Origin: Cladosporium halotolerans | Lineage: Eukaryota | Direction of reading: 5' to 3' | DNA: 54,516 nt | Assembly (NCBI RefSeq): GCF_011745625.1 | Contig: NW_027191482.1 | Span: forward strand, 248,001 to 302,516 | In this document: positions 22,116-33,547 of the stretch, one piece after another | Numbering within the stretch: position 1 is the stretch's first letter | How the letters are laid out: each line of letters begins with the position of its first letter | Program-made: the position numbers and the translations under genes | The notes under the pieces: generated by a model | What the model saw: the letters and a program-made list of their open reading frames with translations, nothing else | Told to the model about the DNA's origin: nothing | The model's database searches: none

Positions 22116-23468
22116 TCAAGGCCACATCCCCCTCGGAATCCTCTCCTCATGCCACCCATCCCGCCCCACAATCCTGCTCCAGCCATCATCAAACGCCACC
22201 CCGTCCTCAGTCCACTGCACCAACCACGGCTCCGCCACGCGCGCCAAATCCTCCCGCCTCTGTCCCCGCGCCATCGCCACGCCGAAACTGAAACTGCTCT
22301 TGACGAAACCGCCGAAGACGCTCGCGCGCTGCAGCACCTCGTAGTCGACGAGCGCCTGCTGGTCCCAGGTCAGGGCGTCGAGGTCGCGCAGCGCGTCCGG
22401 CGGGAGCAGGTCGCGCTTGGACGTCACGGTCAGGGGCGGGTCGTGCGCGCCGGCTTTGGCGCGGAAGCGCGCGAGTTCGCTCGCGTTGCCGGAGGCGACG
22501 TAGAGGGTGCGGAGGTCGTGGGATAGGGCATGCGCGATGTAGGCGTCTGTTTGGGCGGAGAAGTTGGCGTTGGCGTTGGCCAGCCAGCCGGCGGCGGCGG
22601 CGTCGGATTCGGTGCGGAGGTGGGCGGCGTAGAAGGCTTTTTGGGGGATGGCGGCGAGGGGGTCGAGGGGGGTTTGGAAGGCGAGGGTTTGGGTGGCGAG
22701 GGCGGCGAGGCGGCGGATGGAGGGGTTGAGGCGGAGGGATTGCGGGAGGCTGCGGCGGAGGGAGGGCGGGAGGGAGCGCGTGTCGATGTCCCAGAGGGTG
22801 CGCTCGAGGTTGACGAGGGTGCGGTTGGCGGGGCTGTAGTCGGGCTTGGATTTGAGCCAGGAGTCGAGGTGCTCGAGGTAGGCTTGCTTGGTGTTCTCTT
22901 CGCCGAGGTCTATGCGCCGACTGCTTGGGAGGTAGTTGTCGGGCATGACATTGTCGGGGCGCACGTCCTCTGCGGATCTGTAGATGGTCATTTGCGGGCA
23001 GGTCTTTCCCATGGTTTCGAAGAACCATGCTTGATCGAAGAAGGCGTCGAAAGGCGCATGGCCGCCCCATACGTTGCTGATGTCCGTTGAGCTGCGTGCG
23101 GCCATGCCAGGCAGGATGATCGAAGCGCCAGCTTCAATTGCGGAAAAAATGAAATCGAGGATGTTCCCCCGGACGTTGCCGATACCTCCATTGGCGTTGT
23201 CGAGATTGAAGATCAGAGTCGGGCGCCACTCGGTGCTCTTGCAATGATGCCTAAGCGCGGAGGGATCGAATGGCTCGACTACTTGCACACTGAGCCAGTC
23301 CCCGACAAAGTTGGTAGAAGGGGGGCGTGTGGTATGCGCAGGTGATGGGTCAGAAGGGCGAGCAGCGTGGTATTGCCATGAAGCGTAGTATAGCGGGATC
23401 AAGACAAGGAACAACACCGCACCGTATGCAGTCCGGTGTCGCTTGTCGACGGCGATAGACGGATACAT
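22116..23468 (-). CDS. Type II membrane protein, GDP-fucose O-fucosyltransferase-like (GT-B) fold
   Basis: N-terminal TM helix, GGIGNVR, HLRTESD, LYVASG and DQQALVDYEVL..ASVFGG...SSFS motifs. First ATG is at 23468; the ORF track starts at a near-cognate codon. Confidence 0.7.
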   Translation of the reverse strand: MYPSIAVDKRHRTAYGAVLFLVLIPLYYASWQYHAARPSDPSPAHTTRPPSTNFVGDWLSVQVVEPFDPSALRHHCKSTEWRPTLIFNLDNANGGIGNVRGNILDFIFSAIEAGASIILPGMAARSSTDISNVWGGHAPFDAFFDQAWFFETMGKTCPQMTIYRSAEDVRPDNVMPDNYLPSSRRIDLGEENTKQAYLEHLDSWLKSKPDYSPANRTLVNLERTLWDIDTRSLPPSLRRSLPQSLRLNPSIRRLAALATQTLAFQTPLDPLAAIPQKAFYAAHLRTESDAAAAGWLANANANFSAQTDAYIAHALSHDLRTLYVASGNASELARFRAKAGAHDPPLTVTSKRDLLPPDALRDLDALTWDQQALVDYEVLQRASVFGGFVKSSFSFGVAMARGQRREDLARVAEPWLVQWTEDGVAFDDGWSRIVGRDGWHEERIPRGMWP

Positions 23469-23594
23469 GATGTTGACATCTTGAACAGACAAAGCCAGCG
23501 CGATGTATTGGCACGTCGACGTGTTGAAATGCGAGCTTTTTGGCCATCTCCTTGCTTGGCATCACAACATTCCTGTGGCCACCTCCAGATTCTT

Positions 23595-26500
23595 TCAATC
23601 AGGCTTACCGCGGCCCAATGGACTCTTTCTCACCACGCGCGGATTCAAGTTGCTATTCGGAGCAGAGCTAGGGGCAGGGCCCTGGGCGACGCTGAGTGCA
23701 GGCGAAGTCACGCCCGAAGCGCTGGGGTCAGCCACTACGCTCGAGGCGTTGTCAACCTCCATGGAAAGTCGGTTCCAGTCTCTGACTCCAGCCCTTGGAT
23801 CAGTCCCGTATTGCTTCTTCATGTTCTCCATCGTCAGTTTGTGGCTAGTATCAATGGGGTCGATTAACTCGTGAGTGGGCGACGTCCCGCTGAGGCCGAA
23901 AGTCTTTGGGTCGCCAGCAGACTGAAGCAGCATTTCGTCGCGAAGCTCCATTGCTTTCTCTTCGGCGCGTTGCTTGCGCATTGCAGAGGACTCGACCGTT
24001 TCGGAGGACCGTTCGAGAGCGTTGCGTTGGCTGAACTCTAGACGATCCAGCTCGCTAATGACCTGGTCCTGCGGCGCATCGACCGAACTCACACGGCTTT
24101 CGAACGAAGCAGGAGCACGGATGTTGAGAGGACGTTTTTCCATCCCGCCGTCCTTTTGCAACTCCTCCCGCTTGCGTCGGCCCTCAATGGCCCATTTCAC
24201 CAGCATTCTCTCCAGATTCGGCTTCTTGACGGGCTTGGCGAGGTAGTCGTCCATTCCGGACTTCTGGCATTTTTCGCGATCACCTTGAATCGCGGAGGCA
24301 GTCATGGCAACGATCGGGGTGCCCTGAATCCGCGGGTTATCCTTGAATTCCGCGGCGTTGCGGATCTTGTAAGTGGCATGGTAGCCATCCATGATCGGCA
24401 TCTGCACGTCCATCAAAATCACATCGGGGGGCGGGTGGTCTTTGGATGGGCTTCGCAGATATTCAAGCGCTTCCTTGCCGTTCCAGACAGCTGTGACCGG
24501 GAACCCAAGCTTCCTGATCGTCTTGATGGCAATTTGCTGGTTGATCGGGTTGTCCTCCACAACGAGGACATTGGTCTTCTTCCTTTCGGCCTCACTGAGA
24601 TCCCAGACGAGACCTTCAACGGAGGGATTCTGACTGAAAGCAGCCATGATGGCCGGGTCACTCGCAGCGAAAGGCTTCCGTGGCAAAGTTGGAGTCGCCG
24701 GAGGGCCGCTGTCCGAAGACGCCCTCGATACGGACATCTCGGATTGTAGACGGGCAGGGATGGCATCCAGATCAACCAAGGGCGAGCTACTGCTTTGGTA
24801 AGGTGCTTTGTTGAAAGGTATCGTGAAGGAGGCCTTGGTTCCTGCGCCCAGTACGGACTCGAGCGATATGGAGCCGTGCATGAGCTCAACCAAGTTCTTG
24901 CTGATCGTCAGTCCCAGCCCGGTTCCGCCGAAACGTCGTGCAGTTGAGCTGTCGGCTTGAGAGAAGGGCTTGAATAGCTTCCGCCGCACTTCCTCCTCGA
25001 TGCCAATGCCAGTGTCTTGTATCGTGAAGGTGATCTCAAGGACTTCGTCTGTCTCCTTCTGCACCCTGACACGCATTGTTACAGAGCCTTCTGAAGTGAA
25101 TTTGATCGAGTTCGTGAGCAAGTTGGTCATGACTTGCCGCAGACGACCAGGGTCGCCCATGACTTTCCAGCTGCTGATCTGCGGAATATCGTCGATGTAC
25201 TTGAGATTCTTCCGCTCCGCTGCAAAGGAGAGCATCTTGTTGACGTCCTGAATGACAACTGACAAGTCAAATTGCACCTCCTCGATGTCCAGTCTGCCGC
25301 TTTCGACTTTCGAAAAGTCCAGAATATCATTTATGACTGTCAGAAGTCCGTTGGCGCTTCGCTGGATGTTCTCTGCACATTCTCGCTGATCTTTGGTGAG
25401 GGCACCAATATCGTCGTCGAGGAGAAGCTCCGACATGCCTATGACGCCGGCAATGGGTGTGCGAATCTCGTGACTCATGTTCGCGAGAAACTGGCTCTTC
25501 ATCTTGCTGGCCTCTTTCGCCGCGGCACTTTGCGCCATCAAGTGTGCGTTATCCCGGTTTCGGCGCTGAAGATCCTCTTCTGCCCGCTTCATGTCCGTAA
25601 TGTCCATACTAACGCCAACCACGCCATCCACGTACTCGGCACCCTCAATACCGCCAGCGCGCTCCTGCCGCAGTACCGGTAAGAGACGTGTTCTAAACCA
25701 ACGGCCGGAAGACGAAATCTTCACTTCGATAGTCTCATCTCTGGTATTTCCAGACAACACTGCCTCCAGCGGAGCCGCGTAGAGCTGCTTCTCGTCGTTC
25801 CTCCCTTGCTCTCTCATGATGTCCCACAAGTTCATGCCCAAGTACTCTTGCTTACTCCTGGGAACTTGTTGAGACGCAACGTCGTACATAGGCTGGCCCT
25901 CGAAGAGACTGAGATTCGTGTTCATGTCTACAGCCCACAGTGTGATTCGCGCGTGCTCGATGACCTGCCCGAGCTGCGCGCGCGTCTGCTTGGCTTCCTC
26001 GCGTGCGAGGACGAGTTCGTGGATGTCGGTGCACGTGCCGAACCATTTCAGAATCGTGCCGTCGTCGTCTCGCATTGGAACGGCTCGCCCGAGCATCCAG
26101 CGCCATTCGCCATTCGCGTTGCGAGCGCGGTATTCCGTCAGATACTCATCTCCAGTCGCCAGACAGTGAGCCCACTTTGGCGCCGCAACCGCCAAGTCAT
26201 CCGCATGGAAAGCATTCATCCAGCCCTCTCCTTCACTCCGTTCGACCGTCAGGCCAGTGTAGTCGTACCAGCGTTTCGAGTAGTAATCGTGGTCGCCCGT
26301 CGGGGTTGTCCGCCAAATCATCTGCGGGATCATGTTCGTGATGTCCTCGAACTGCCTCTCGTTGCGCTCCTTCTCCTTGTTGAGGGACTTCTGGAAGCCC
26401 GTGACGTCGTGGAAGACGACCAGGCCGCCAACGAACTCACCCTTGTCGTCCAGCATCGGCTCGCCCATCACGTCGTACAGCATTTGAGATCCGTCCTTGG

Positions 26501-27911
26501 CCGAGTACATGCCGACGCGGTACGCGTCGAAGCGTTTCTGCTCGCGCATCAGGCGTAGGATGGGGATGTCGTCCAAGGGGATGGGCTCGCCGAAGTCCTC
26601 TTTGTACAGCACGTAGCGGGACAAGAAGTCGCGGGCTGACTCGTTGGTGTCGATGATGTCTTCAGCATAGGGGTAAATGAGCTGTATAGCAGCTTTGTTG
26701 GGCACGCCGAAGCTCTGGTCCCGCCACATGGCGTAGGCCGGGAAGCTCATGCTATTGAGGATGGCATCTTTGAGGCGATTACTCTTTGTGAAGATGGTTG
26801 GCGCGGACGTGGACACGGATTTGTCTGGCGGGCCTCGAGGGGGAAATTCTATAGGTGAAGGTACGTTTGGCGTGGCGGAAGGAGAGCTACGGGCACGTTG
26901 TGTCCGCCGGTGAAGCTCTGAGGCTCCAGAGCTAGAGTTGGAGCTGACGCCAGACGGGAAGGTCGAGGCGGGAGTGTTGGCACGCGGCACAATTCGACTG
27001 GTGGTTTTGGAGAGATCGGAGGTGGAAGAGCCGCTTCCAGACAGCGTGCTGGCTTTTCCTACGCTGCCATCGGGCGCTGCTGTGAAGGTCAGTGTGAAGA
27101 AGTATTCTTCTTCGGTAGACCACACAGATATGATCATCTTTGCCTGGATATGCGCGTGAGCATGTGACAAATGGTCAGCAACAGAGGCCGAGGCTGGCTT
27201 GGGAAGGCCAGTCCTGGAGTCCCGGAAGGTGGAGAAAACGACGTCTACAGCAGAGTCGTGAACTTCAGTCTTCTCGGCGCCCGTGTGGCTGTACTTTGAA
27301 GAAGCAATTGAAGTAGATCTCTTCCGCGTATTGTTGGAGGGCTCATCGTCTTTCGACTGCCCGTCCTGGAAGTATTTCTTGTACGCTTTTTGCGCCTTCG
27401 CCGCATCATCGACCACGTTCTGCAAAATATCCTCCCAAGAGACGAAAACAGCATTTCCTCCTTGCAGAAGATCTATTCCGAGTTCTCCAAGAGTCTTTCC
27501 GTGGAGCAGGTCCGAAGTGCTCTCAACGGTCTGCCCCTCAACGTTCGAGCCATCCTCGCAAGCCGCGTCGGTATCGTCAAACACGTGGTCGATTCCCAGC
27601 AGTCTACCCATTGATTCGTTGGCAAGGACGATGTGTTTCATGCTGGACAAGACCATAACGGGCATCGGCAGGTATTGCAGTGCTGTGAACGCCAGGCCTG
27701 TGTGGGACTGAGGCGGCGGCATCCTGATGGAGAGCGAGGCTCGCCTCCTGCGTTGTCCACCGTCGGCCCATTCTTCCGCCGAATCGTCGACGCTACCGTC
27801 GCTCGTGAAGTAATCTATGCCCTCGGCACCAGCGCGATACTCGTCGCCGGTGGTATTGTGCGATTCATGTCGGAGCCCTTGGGTCTCGAAGGATACGTGC
27901 GGTCGAGACAT
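23595..27911 (-). CDS. PAS-domain hybrid histidine kinase (PAS/PAC, HisKA, HATPase, receiver); intronless
   Basis: H-box FLANMSHEIRTP, N-box NLLTNSIKFT, DTGIGI, GGTGLGL, receiver VEDN...ILMDVQMP.MDG...MTASA...KP, and PAS/PAC WRWMLGRA. Confidence 0.95.
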   Translation of the reverse strand: MSRPHVSFETQGLRHESHNTTGDEYRAGAEGIDYFTSDGSVDDSAEEWADGGQRRRRASLSIRMPPPQSHTGLAFTALQYLPMPVMVLSSMKHIVLANESMGRLLGIDHVFDDTDAACEDGSNVEGQTVESTSDLLHGKTLGELGIDLLQGGNAVFVSWEDILQNVVDDAAKAQKAYKKYFQDGQSKDDEPSNNTRKRSTSIASSKYSHTGAEKTEVHDSAVDVVFSTFRDSRTGLPKPASASVADHLSHAHAHIQAKMIISVWSTEEEYFFTLTFTAAPDGSVGKASTLSGSGSSTSDLSKTTSRIVPRANTPASTFPSGVSSNSSSGASELHRRTQRARSSPSATPNVPSPIEFPPRGPPDKSVSTSAPTIFTKSNRLKDAILNSMSFPAYAMWRDQSFGVPNKAAIQLIYPYAEDIIDTNESARDFLSRYVLYKEDFGEPIPLDDIPILRLMREQKRFDAYRVGMYSAKDGSQMLYDVMGEPMLDDKGEFVGGLVVFHDVTGFQKSLNKEKERNERQFEDITNMIPQMIWRTTPTGDHDYYSKRWYDYTGLTVERSEGEGWMNAFHADDLAVAAPKWAHCLATGDEYLTEYRARNANGEWRWMLGRAVPMRDDDGTILKWFGTCTDIHELVLAREEAKQTRAQLGQVIEHARITLWAVDMNTNLSLFEGQPMYDVASQQVPRSKQEYLGMNLWDIMREQGRNDEKQLYAAPLEAVLSGNTRDETIEVKISSSGRWFRTRLLPVLRQERAGGIEGAEYVDGVVGVSMDITDMKRAEEDLQRRNRDNAHLMAQSAAAKEASKMKSQFLANMSHEIRTPIAGVIGMSELLLDDDIGALTKDQRECAENIQRSANGLLTVINDILDFSKVESGRLDIEEVQFDLSVVIQDVNKMLSFAAERKNLKYIDDIPQISSWKVMGDPGRLRQVMTNLLTNSIKFTSEGSVTMRVRVQKETDEVLEITFTIQDTGIGIEEEVRRKLFKPFSQADSSTARRFGGTGLGLTISKNLVELMHGSISLESVLGAGTKASFTIPFNKAPYQSSSSPLVDLDAIPARLQSEMSVSRASSDSGPPATPTLPRKPFAASDPAIMAAFSQNPSVEGLVWDLSEAERKKTNVLVVEDNPINQQIAIKTIRKLGFPVTAVWNGKEALEYLRSPSKDHPPPDVILMDVQMPIMDGYHATYKIRNAAEFKDNPRIQGTPIVAMTASAIQGDREKCQKSGMDDYLAKPVKKPNLERMLVKWAIEGRRKREELQKDGGMEKRPLNIRAPASFESRVSSVDAPQDQVISELDRLEFSQRNALERSSETVESSAMRKQRAEEKAMELRDEMLLQSAGDPKTFGLSGTSPTHELIDPIDTSHKLTMENMKKQYGTDPRAGVRDWNRLSMEVDNASSVVADPSASGVTSPALSVAQGPAPSSAPNSNLNPRVVRKSPLGRGKPD

Positions 27912-28659
27912 TTAGACTGGCAGGGGCGCTTCGCTGCCCTGCAGGCCGGCACGGTTCGGCCTCTGATGTGACGATGTATCCGGCATGCGTCGCGTGTGTA
28001 GATTGGTTTGGGTGCGGTGAAGCGGATCGCTGTCAGTCGCGCCGGTGCGCGCTGCTTGCTCTATGGGCTGGTTGGATTCGGTTTGCGGCAGACGTTCCTT
28101 ACGAATCTGCAAGCCGCATGCGGTCAAGCAGAGCAGACTGAAAATCGCCTGCCAAAATGTTGGTTCCACGGAGCGCGGTGGGAGCAGAACGGAGCGACGG
28201 CGAGGCCGATCTTTGTCTACGTCAAACCTACAGCCGACAGCACTTTAGCTCCAGCTCTAGAACGTCGCGACGGCTAGCGGCGTGACGTCGTCCGGCTGTG
28301 GCGTTCTCGACCGCCGGCGCGATGCCCGAGGTCCGAATGTTCAAGGCTGCCTCACGCACTGGTCTGCTGCTCTAGAGGCTCGCCCATTTATTTCGTCGGT
28401 CGGTGTCATCGAAGCGCGACTGTCTGTGCCGCTCGGGAACCCTTACGTAGGGCAGGGCGCAGGTGCTGTGCCGAGGGACGGGCTCGCGTGTTCCTGCGCG
28501 TCGATCGCCGCACCCTCACGGCCCGCCCCGCGCGCCACTCCCGCCCACCGTGCTTCCGATTGTCCCGGGCATCGAGAAGCGCTCCGCGAGCCTTGGAGAG
28601 CCCGGCGAGAACCAAGGATTCGCTGGACCACGCGAGTGCCCTGCCAGCCTGCGAGCGAC

Positions 28660-30287
28660 ATGGCCTTCGACCGAGTTGAGGCGCTGGCCTATCCAGGCGT
28701 GGTCACCCTCGTCTCTTTTCTGGCCTACACCTCGCAATGGCTCTTCCATCACATTCAGCCTGGCCCTCTGAGGAAGGGAGACGCCTACGTCTTCAATGCT
28801 CTCGTTGCGGCTTTGCTCATCTGCTACACACGAACCTGCTTCACGGATCCGGGTCGTATTCCATCGACATGGCATGAGCACTTTCGAGCACCTAACGAGG
28901 CTGCCCGCATCGCCGCCGAGACGTCTTCCCGTCAGCGGTATTGCCGCAAGTGCGAGATGCCTAAACCGCCACGCGCTCACCATTGCAAAACTTGCAAACG
29001 GTAGGCTCAAATGCATTCGTGTAGGCGTCTCTTATCAGCTCCTAATGCGGCGTCANNNNNNNNNNCGTCAGATGTGTCATGAAGATGGACCATCATTGCG
29101 TGTGGACAGGTAGGCGTTCTTTTCCCCTAAACACGTTCTTTCTATCACGGTAGGTAACACCTTTCAGCAAATTGCATCTCCCACATTACGCTTCCTCATT
29201 TCATTCGATTTCTCTCTTACGCCGTCGCCGCGATGTGCTATCTTGAGTACTTGCTTTACCTGCGTTGCGCGGTGCTCTGGCAAAACCGAAGCCTCCCTAG
29301 CGTAAGATGACCCACCCATTGTAAACTCCTCCACGCTCACCCGCGGCATAGTATCTGGGACCTAGTGCCTTGCAGCTATCACATCTTTTTGTGCTTGTTG
29401 TCGTCAACTCACTCGTCCTGTTCGCTTTGACATTACTGCTTGGTCGATCAATCTGGGGCCTGTCACTCAATGTCACCACCATCGAAGGCTGGGAGATCGA
29501 ACGCCACCACGCGCTGCTACGTCGTGCTCGTGTCCTAGGTGGTCACCTGGATGGCCCAGATGGAACCAAAATGCGCATCGAGCATCAAGAGTTCCCGTGG
29601 GACATCGGCATCTGGTCGAACTTCTGCCAAGCGATGGGCACGTGGAATGTGTTCGCTTGGTTCTGGCCCTTCGCGAGCAGCCCATCCATCAACAGTGGCT
29701 TAGTATATGAACACAACGAGATTGACGGTAGGCTCGCAGTCGTTCAAGCGTTCAATGGCGTGATACTAATGTCATCCTCAGACCCCAGCAAGCCATGGCC
29801 ACCACCAGACCCAGACCGAGTCTTCCGAGCACCCCGCGAGCCTCTTTCGGGCGACGGCTTTACGCAATCAATGGACATCGATTCTTTCCGTGAGCGACAG
29901 CAAGCTGACATACAGCGACGTCAAAATGGCGAGTATGCAGTGCGGAGAAGGCCGTTCCACGAGCGCTACGGACATTTGGCCAAGTCCGACGAAAATGACG
30001 ATTACTACAACAACGACGAAGACGCCATCACATCGGAAAGCGAGGCGGACGAAGAGATACAGCCGCCGGAAGCCGCCAAGCACGGAGTCGCTGGCGACGA
30101 GGGAGAAGAAGCGTGAGTATTGTTGGTCTATGCATTGCGAGCCGCATACTAATTGACTTCCAGATGGCGCAACAAAGAGGGCGAGCGTCTCGCTGATTTC
30201 GGCCTCGACGAAGATGCCGAATTCTACGACGAAGAGAACGATTTGCCTTTGGCGGAAATAATGCGTCGGCGTAAGGCTGAGCTATGA
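28660..30287 (+). CDS. PFA4: DHHC palmitoyltransferase PFA4; join(28660..29000,29072..29109,29168..29301,29352..29727,29782..30112,30164..30287)
   Basis: CRKC...[40 protein letters not shown] and C-terminal WRNKEGERLADFG motifs. Confidence 0.92.
29056..29065. other. Assembly gap (10 N) within PFA4 intron 1
   Basis: N run flanked on both sides by cgtca, suggesting a short contig overlap rather than missing sequence. Confidence 0.9.
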
Positions 30288-30561
30288 GGTGCTGTTTCGT
30301 GGTTGCTTACATAGCCGAGTGCGGAGAAGCTCAAGTCCGGTACCGGACGACGTGATCATCAACGACCTGATCAAGATATATGTTCGGTTGTTTCTCGCAC
30401 TTGACATATACTGTACTATATCAGGTATCAATCCCACTGCATAATCTGAAAAGCTCAAGAATCAGCTGGCCAACAGACAGAAGTTCAGGAAGCAAACACA
30501 CCTCCAAGCTCGCACATCACCTTTCATCAATCATCAACCTACCAATACTCCCTCTGCAAAC

Positions 30562-31407
30562 ATGTCCTCGAACACAAAAGACCACTGGTCCGCCGAAAAA
30601 TACTCCGCAGCCGCCAACTTCGTCCCACAACTCACAACCAAAGTCCTGCAACACCTCTGCCCCCAACCCGGCGAATCCATCCTGGACATCGGCTGCGGCG
30701 ACGGCCAATTGACCACCAAACTCGCCTCCTCAGTCAGCCCCACCGGCCGTGTCCTCGGCCTCGACGCCTCAGCCTCCTTCATCGCCAGCGCCCGCGCCGC
30801 AAACACCCACCCGCACTGCGCCTACGAGCTCCAAGACTGCACCGCGCTCGACGCCAACGCCTCCGCCGCCTCCGCGCAGTGGGACAAAGCCTTCAGCAAC
30901 GCCGCGATGCACTGGATCCTGCGCGAGCCCGCGACGCGCGCGGGCTTCTTCGCCGCCGTGCACGGCTTGCTCAAGCCGGGCGGGAAGTTCGTCTTCGAGA
31001 TGGGCGGCAAGGGCAACGTCGCGGAGTTCCACGCGGCGTTCGTCGGCGCGCTGACGACGCATGGCGGGCTGGAGATCGCGCGGGCGCGCGCGGCGAGCCC
31101 GTGGTTCTTCCCGAGTACGGATTGGATGGCGATGGCGTTGGGCGAGGCAGGGTTTGATGTCGAGGTTTGTGAGAGCGAGTATCGGCCAACGAAGCTGACG
31201 GAGGAGAAGGAGGATGGGAGTGGGGGGGTTGAGGGGTGGGTGAGGTTGATGGGGGCGAAGTTTTTGGAGGCTGTTGAGGGTGAGGAGAGGAGGGAGAAGG
31301 TTGTGAGAGCGGTGTGCGAGTGGGTGGAGGATGCTGTGCAGAGGGAGGAGGATGGGTCGAAGTGGATTGGGTATGTGAGGTGTCGAGCTGTGGCCACGAA
31401 GCGATGA
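30562..31407 (+). CDS. Class I SAM-dependent methyltransferase (trans-aconitate methyltransferase-like)
   Basis: ILDIGCGDG motif I, GLDAS, DKAFSNAAMHW and LKPGGKFVFEMGG.GN; intronless. Confidence 0.9.
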   Translation: MSSNTKDHWSAEKYSAAANFVPQLTTKVLQHLCPQPGESILDIGCGDGQLTTKLASSVSPTGRVLGLDASASFIASARAANTHPHCAYELQDCTALDANASAASAQWDKAFSNAAMHWILREPATRAGFFAAVHGLLKPGGKFVFEMGGKGNVAEFHAAFVGALTTHGGLEIARARAASPWFFPSTDWMAMALGEAGFDVEVCESEYRPTKLTEEKEDGSGGVEGWVRLMGAKFLEAVEGEERREKVVRAVCEWVEDAVQREEDGSKWIGYVRCRAVATKR

Positions 31408-31889
31408 TATGTCCTGGGTCTCATGAACAACCTCCTTATAACCTACTCCCGCAGAACAATATCCCAGCATCCTATTGCCCACCCCGGCCTGTTAGGTACC
31501 ATACTTTCAGAGATTCGCGTAGGAATGCGAGAATCTGCCTTATGTGCTGGCTTTTGAAAACCAAGCCATTTAAGTAAGTGAAGAGCAATCTCACACCGCT
31601 GATTGTTGTTGTCGTGACTTGCTTTCATAAGTGAAATGGTGCGCGGTGTGAATGAACGTTCCAATAATCAGGCCTTCAAGCAGTTGGCGTCGTGCGCGAG
31701 ACCCTTCGCAACCGCGCGCGCACGGACGCAGCTTGTAAACACTTCGCTCTCGAAACTTGACTTTCTTTACCACCCATGTACTGATCAACCAAAACGACTG
31801 AGCTCGACTACGCCTGGTGTTCTCTAACTGGATCGCTTGCACACGTAGCTTGGCCATCGCCGCATTCCTAGGCGACCATCACCAACATC

Positions 31890-33122
31890 ATGAACGGCTA
31901 TCCAAACTTTGGCCGCGGCGGCATGCAAGTCCATGCTGTGCCCGAAAACGAACGCTACATTGACGCCACTGGAAAACGGCTACCATGGGCATACGAGCGC
32001 GCAGATGGCGCCGACATCACTGCGCGCCGCGAACCTGTTGAGAAAGGACCCTTCGGCCGCTCCATGCGCCGACGAGGAACAAGCCGGAGCAGGTCGAAGA
32101 CGGCTGAGCCCAGGAAGGAGGAGGACAGGATCAAGATTGAGAACATGGCAGCGGAGGATGCAGTGTTCAACAAGCTCAGGACAGAGACACGGGAGAAGGA
32201 TTCGGGGAAGGGCGCTCTTCAGACTATCGATCCTAACTCGGTTGCTGGCGCCGCAAAGAACGAAGTGAAAGAGCCTACTGAGATCCTGATCTATGGGTTC
32301 GGAGATGAACTGCAGTGGGCTGCGATCGAGTTCTACGAGAACGTGTCGAACGGCGTCATCTTGGAAGACTACGAGAGGCAGCCGCCTGGATACCGACAGG
32401 ACCTCTCTCGCTCGAGCCTGAGGGTAGCTGCGCAGCGCACCTTGTCCAAAGCATCACTGAGAAGAAAGAACACGTTTCACGGAGGCAACCACTGGATCAA
32501 GGTAACCTTCGACTCCCCAGAAGGAGCAGATCTCGCATGCTCTCGGTCACCGCATCTCATCCGCGGGCATCTCGTCTACGCAGAGCCCTACAGAGGAACC
32601 GGGCCGAGCAAAGACGAACCGATCTTCGCCAGCAGCGGCGGCGCTCAAATCACCTCCGATGCCCTCCCCAAGACCTTCGCCACAAATCTGCCCAACGATT
32701 CGCCCACAAGCTCGGAAACCATATCTTCAGCCACCGTAGGCGGCGCACCGAAAGCATCCCAGCCTCCACCACGAATGGGCTCCTTCAGCAACCAAACACA
32801 AGACGCGCCTCCACGAGAGGCCTCCAGCACCGCTCTCGAGCGGCAACGCAGCGACTCAAGCGCACAGCTCCAGCTCCGCCCCGCGCGCATCCAAGGCGCC
32901 ACGCGCGCCGTCCTCCTGCCCGCCGAGCAAGCCCTGCTGCCCAAACGCCCGTCCCAAAGCTGGGCGACGTGGATAGCAGGCAGCGAAATCTTCGGGTCGA
33001 CGTTGCCGCGCCGCGAGGACGGCAGCTTCGACTACGAGCGCGCCAACGTCTACTGGCGGCTGATCTACCTGTTGGACTGCATTACCGGCTGGGATATGTG
33101 CGGTCTTAAGGCGGATGAGTAG
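31890..33122 (+). CDS. Probable nucleoporin Nup53/Nup35-like protein (RRM-like domain)
   Basis: EILIYGF...WIKVTFDS.E.A..AC..SP..I.G..V pattern and a C-terminal amphipathic helix. The family assignment is from recall. Confidence 0.6.
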   Translation: MNGYPNFGRGGMQVHAVPENERYIDATGKRLPWAYERADGADITARREPVEKGPFGRSMRRRGTSRSRSKTAEPRKEEDRIKIENMAAEDAVFNKLRTETREKDSGKGALQTIDPNSVAGAAKNEVKEPTEILIYGFGDELQWAAIEFYENVSNGVILEDYERQPPGYRQDLSRSSLRVAAQRTLSKASLRRKNTFHGGNHWIKVTFDSPEGADLACSRSPHLIRGHLVYAEPYRGTGPSKDEPIFASSGGAQITSDALPKTFATNLPNDSPTSSETISSATVGGAPKASQPPPRMGSFSNQTQDAPPREASSTALERQRSDSSAQLQLRPARIQGATRAVLLPAEQALLPKRPSQSWATWIAGSEIFGSTLPRREDGSFDYERANVYWRLIYLLDCITGWDMCGLKADE

Positions 33123-33547
33123 AAGGAGCCTCCAGGGGCTGATGGCGTTACGCTTTGATGCTATGGGTTTTGACACTGAAAATATATTTTTTAGCGAGGC
33201 GTTAGCAGGGTTTTGAATGTAGTGTACACTGTATTGTAAACGGAAATTGTGAACCATGTCTTTCCGTCGACTTCCCATCTCTTATGTGATGTTCGAGCAA
33301 AAGCTAGCCCCTTACGCACTCCACGAGCTATTCAGAACCGTATCTTCACTCGGGGAAACATGCACAAAATGATCGCAGCGGACTCCAAGATCAGCGACGG
33401 AAGCATAATCATGAAATTTTAATTGTTTTGTATTCCATCTACAGGCACTCAGCTAGTCCAGCTGGTCTATCGCCCGATCGACGTTTACCATATTTTCCTT
33501 CCAATCGCCCAAACCCCAAGCATCGACCACTCATCGAATCATTAAAT

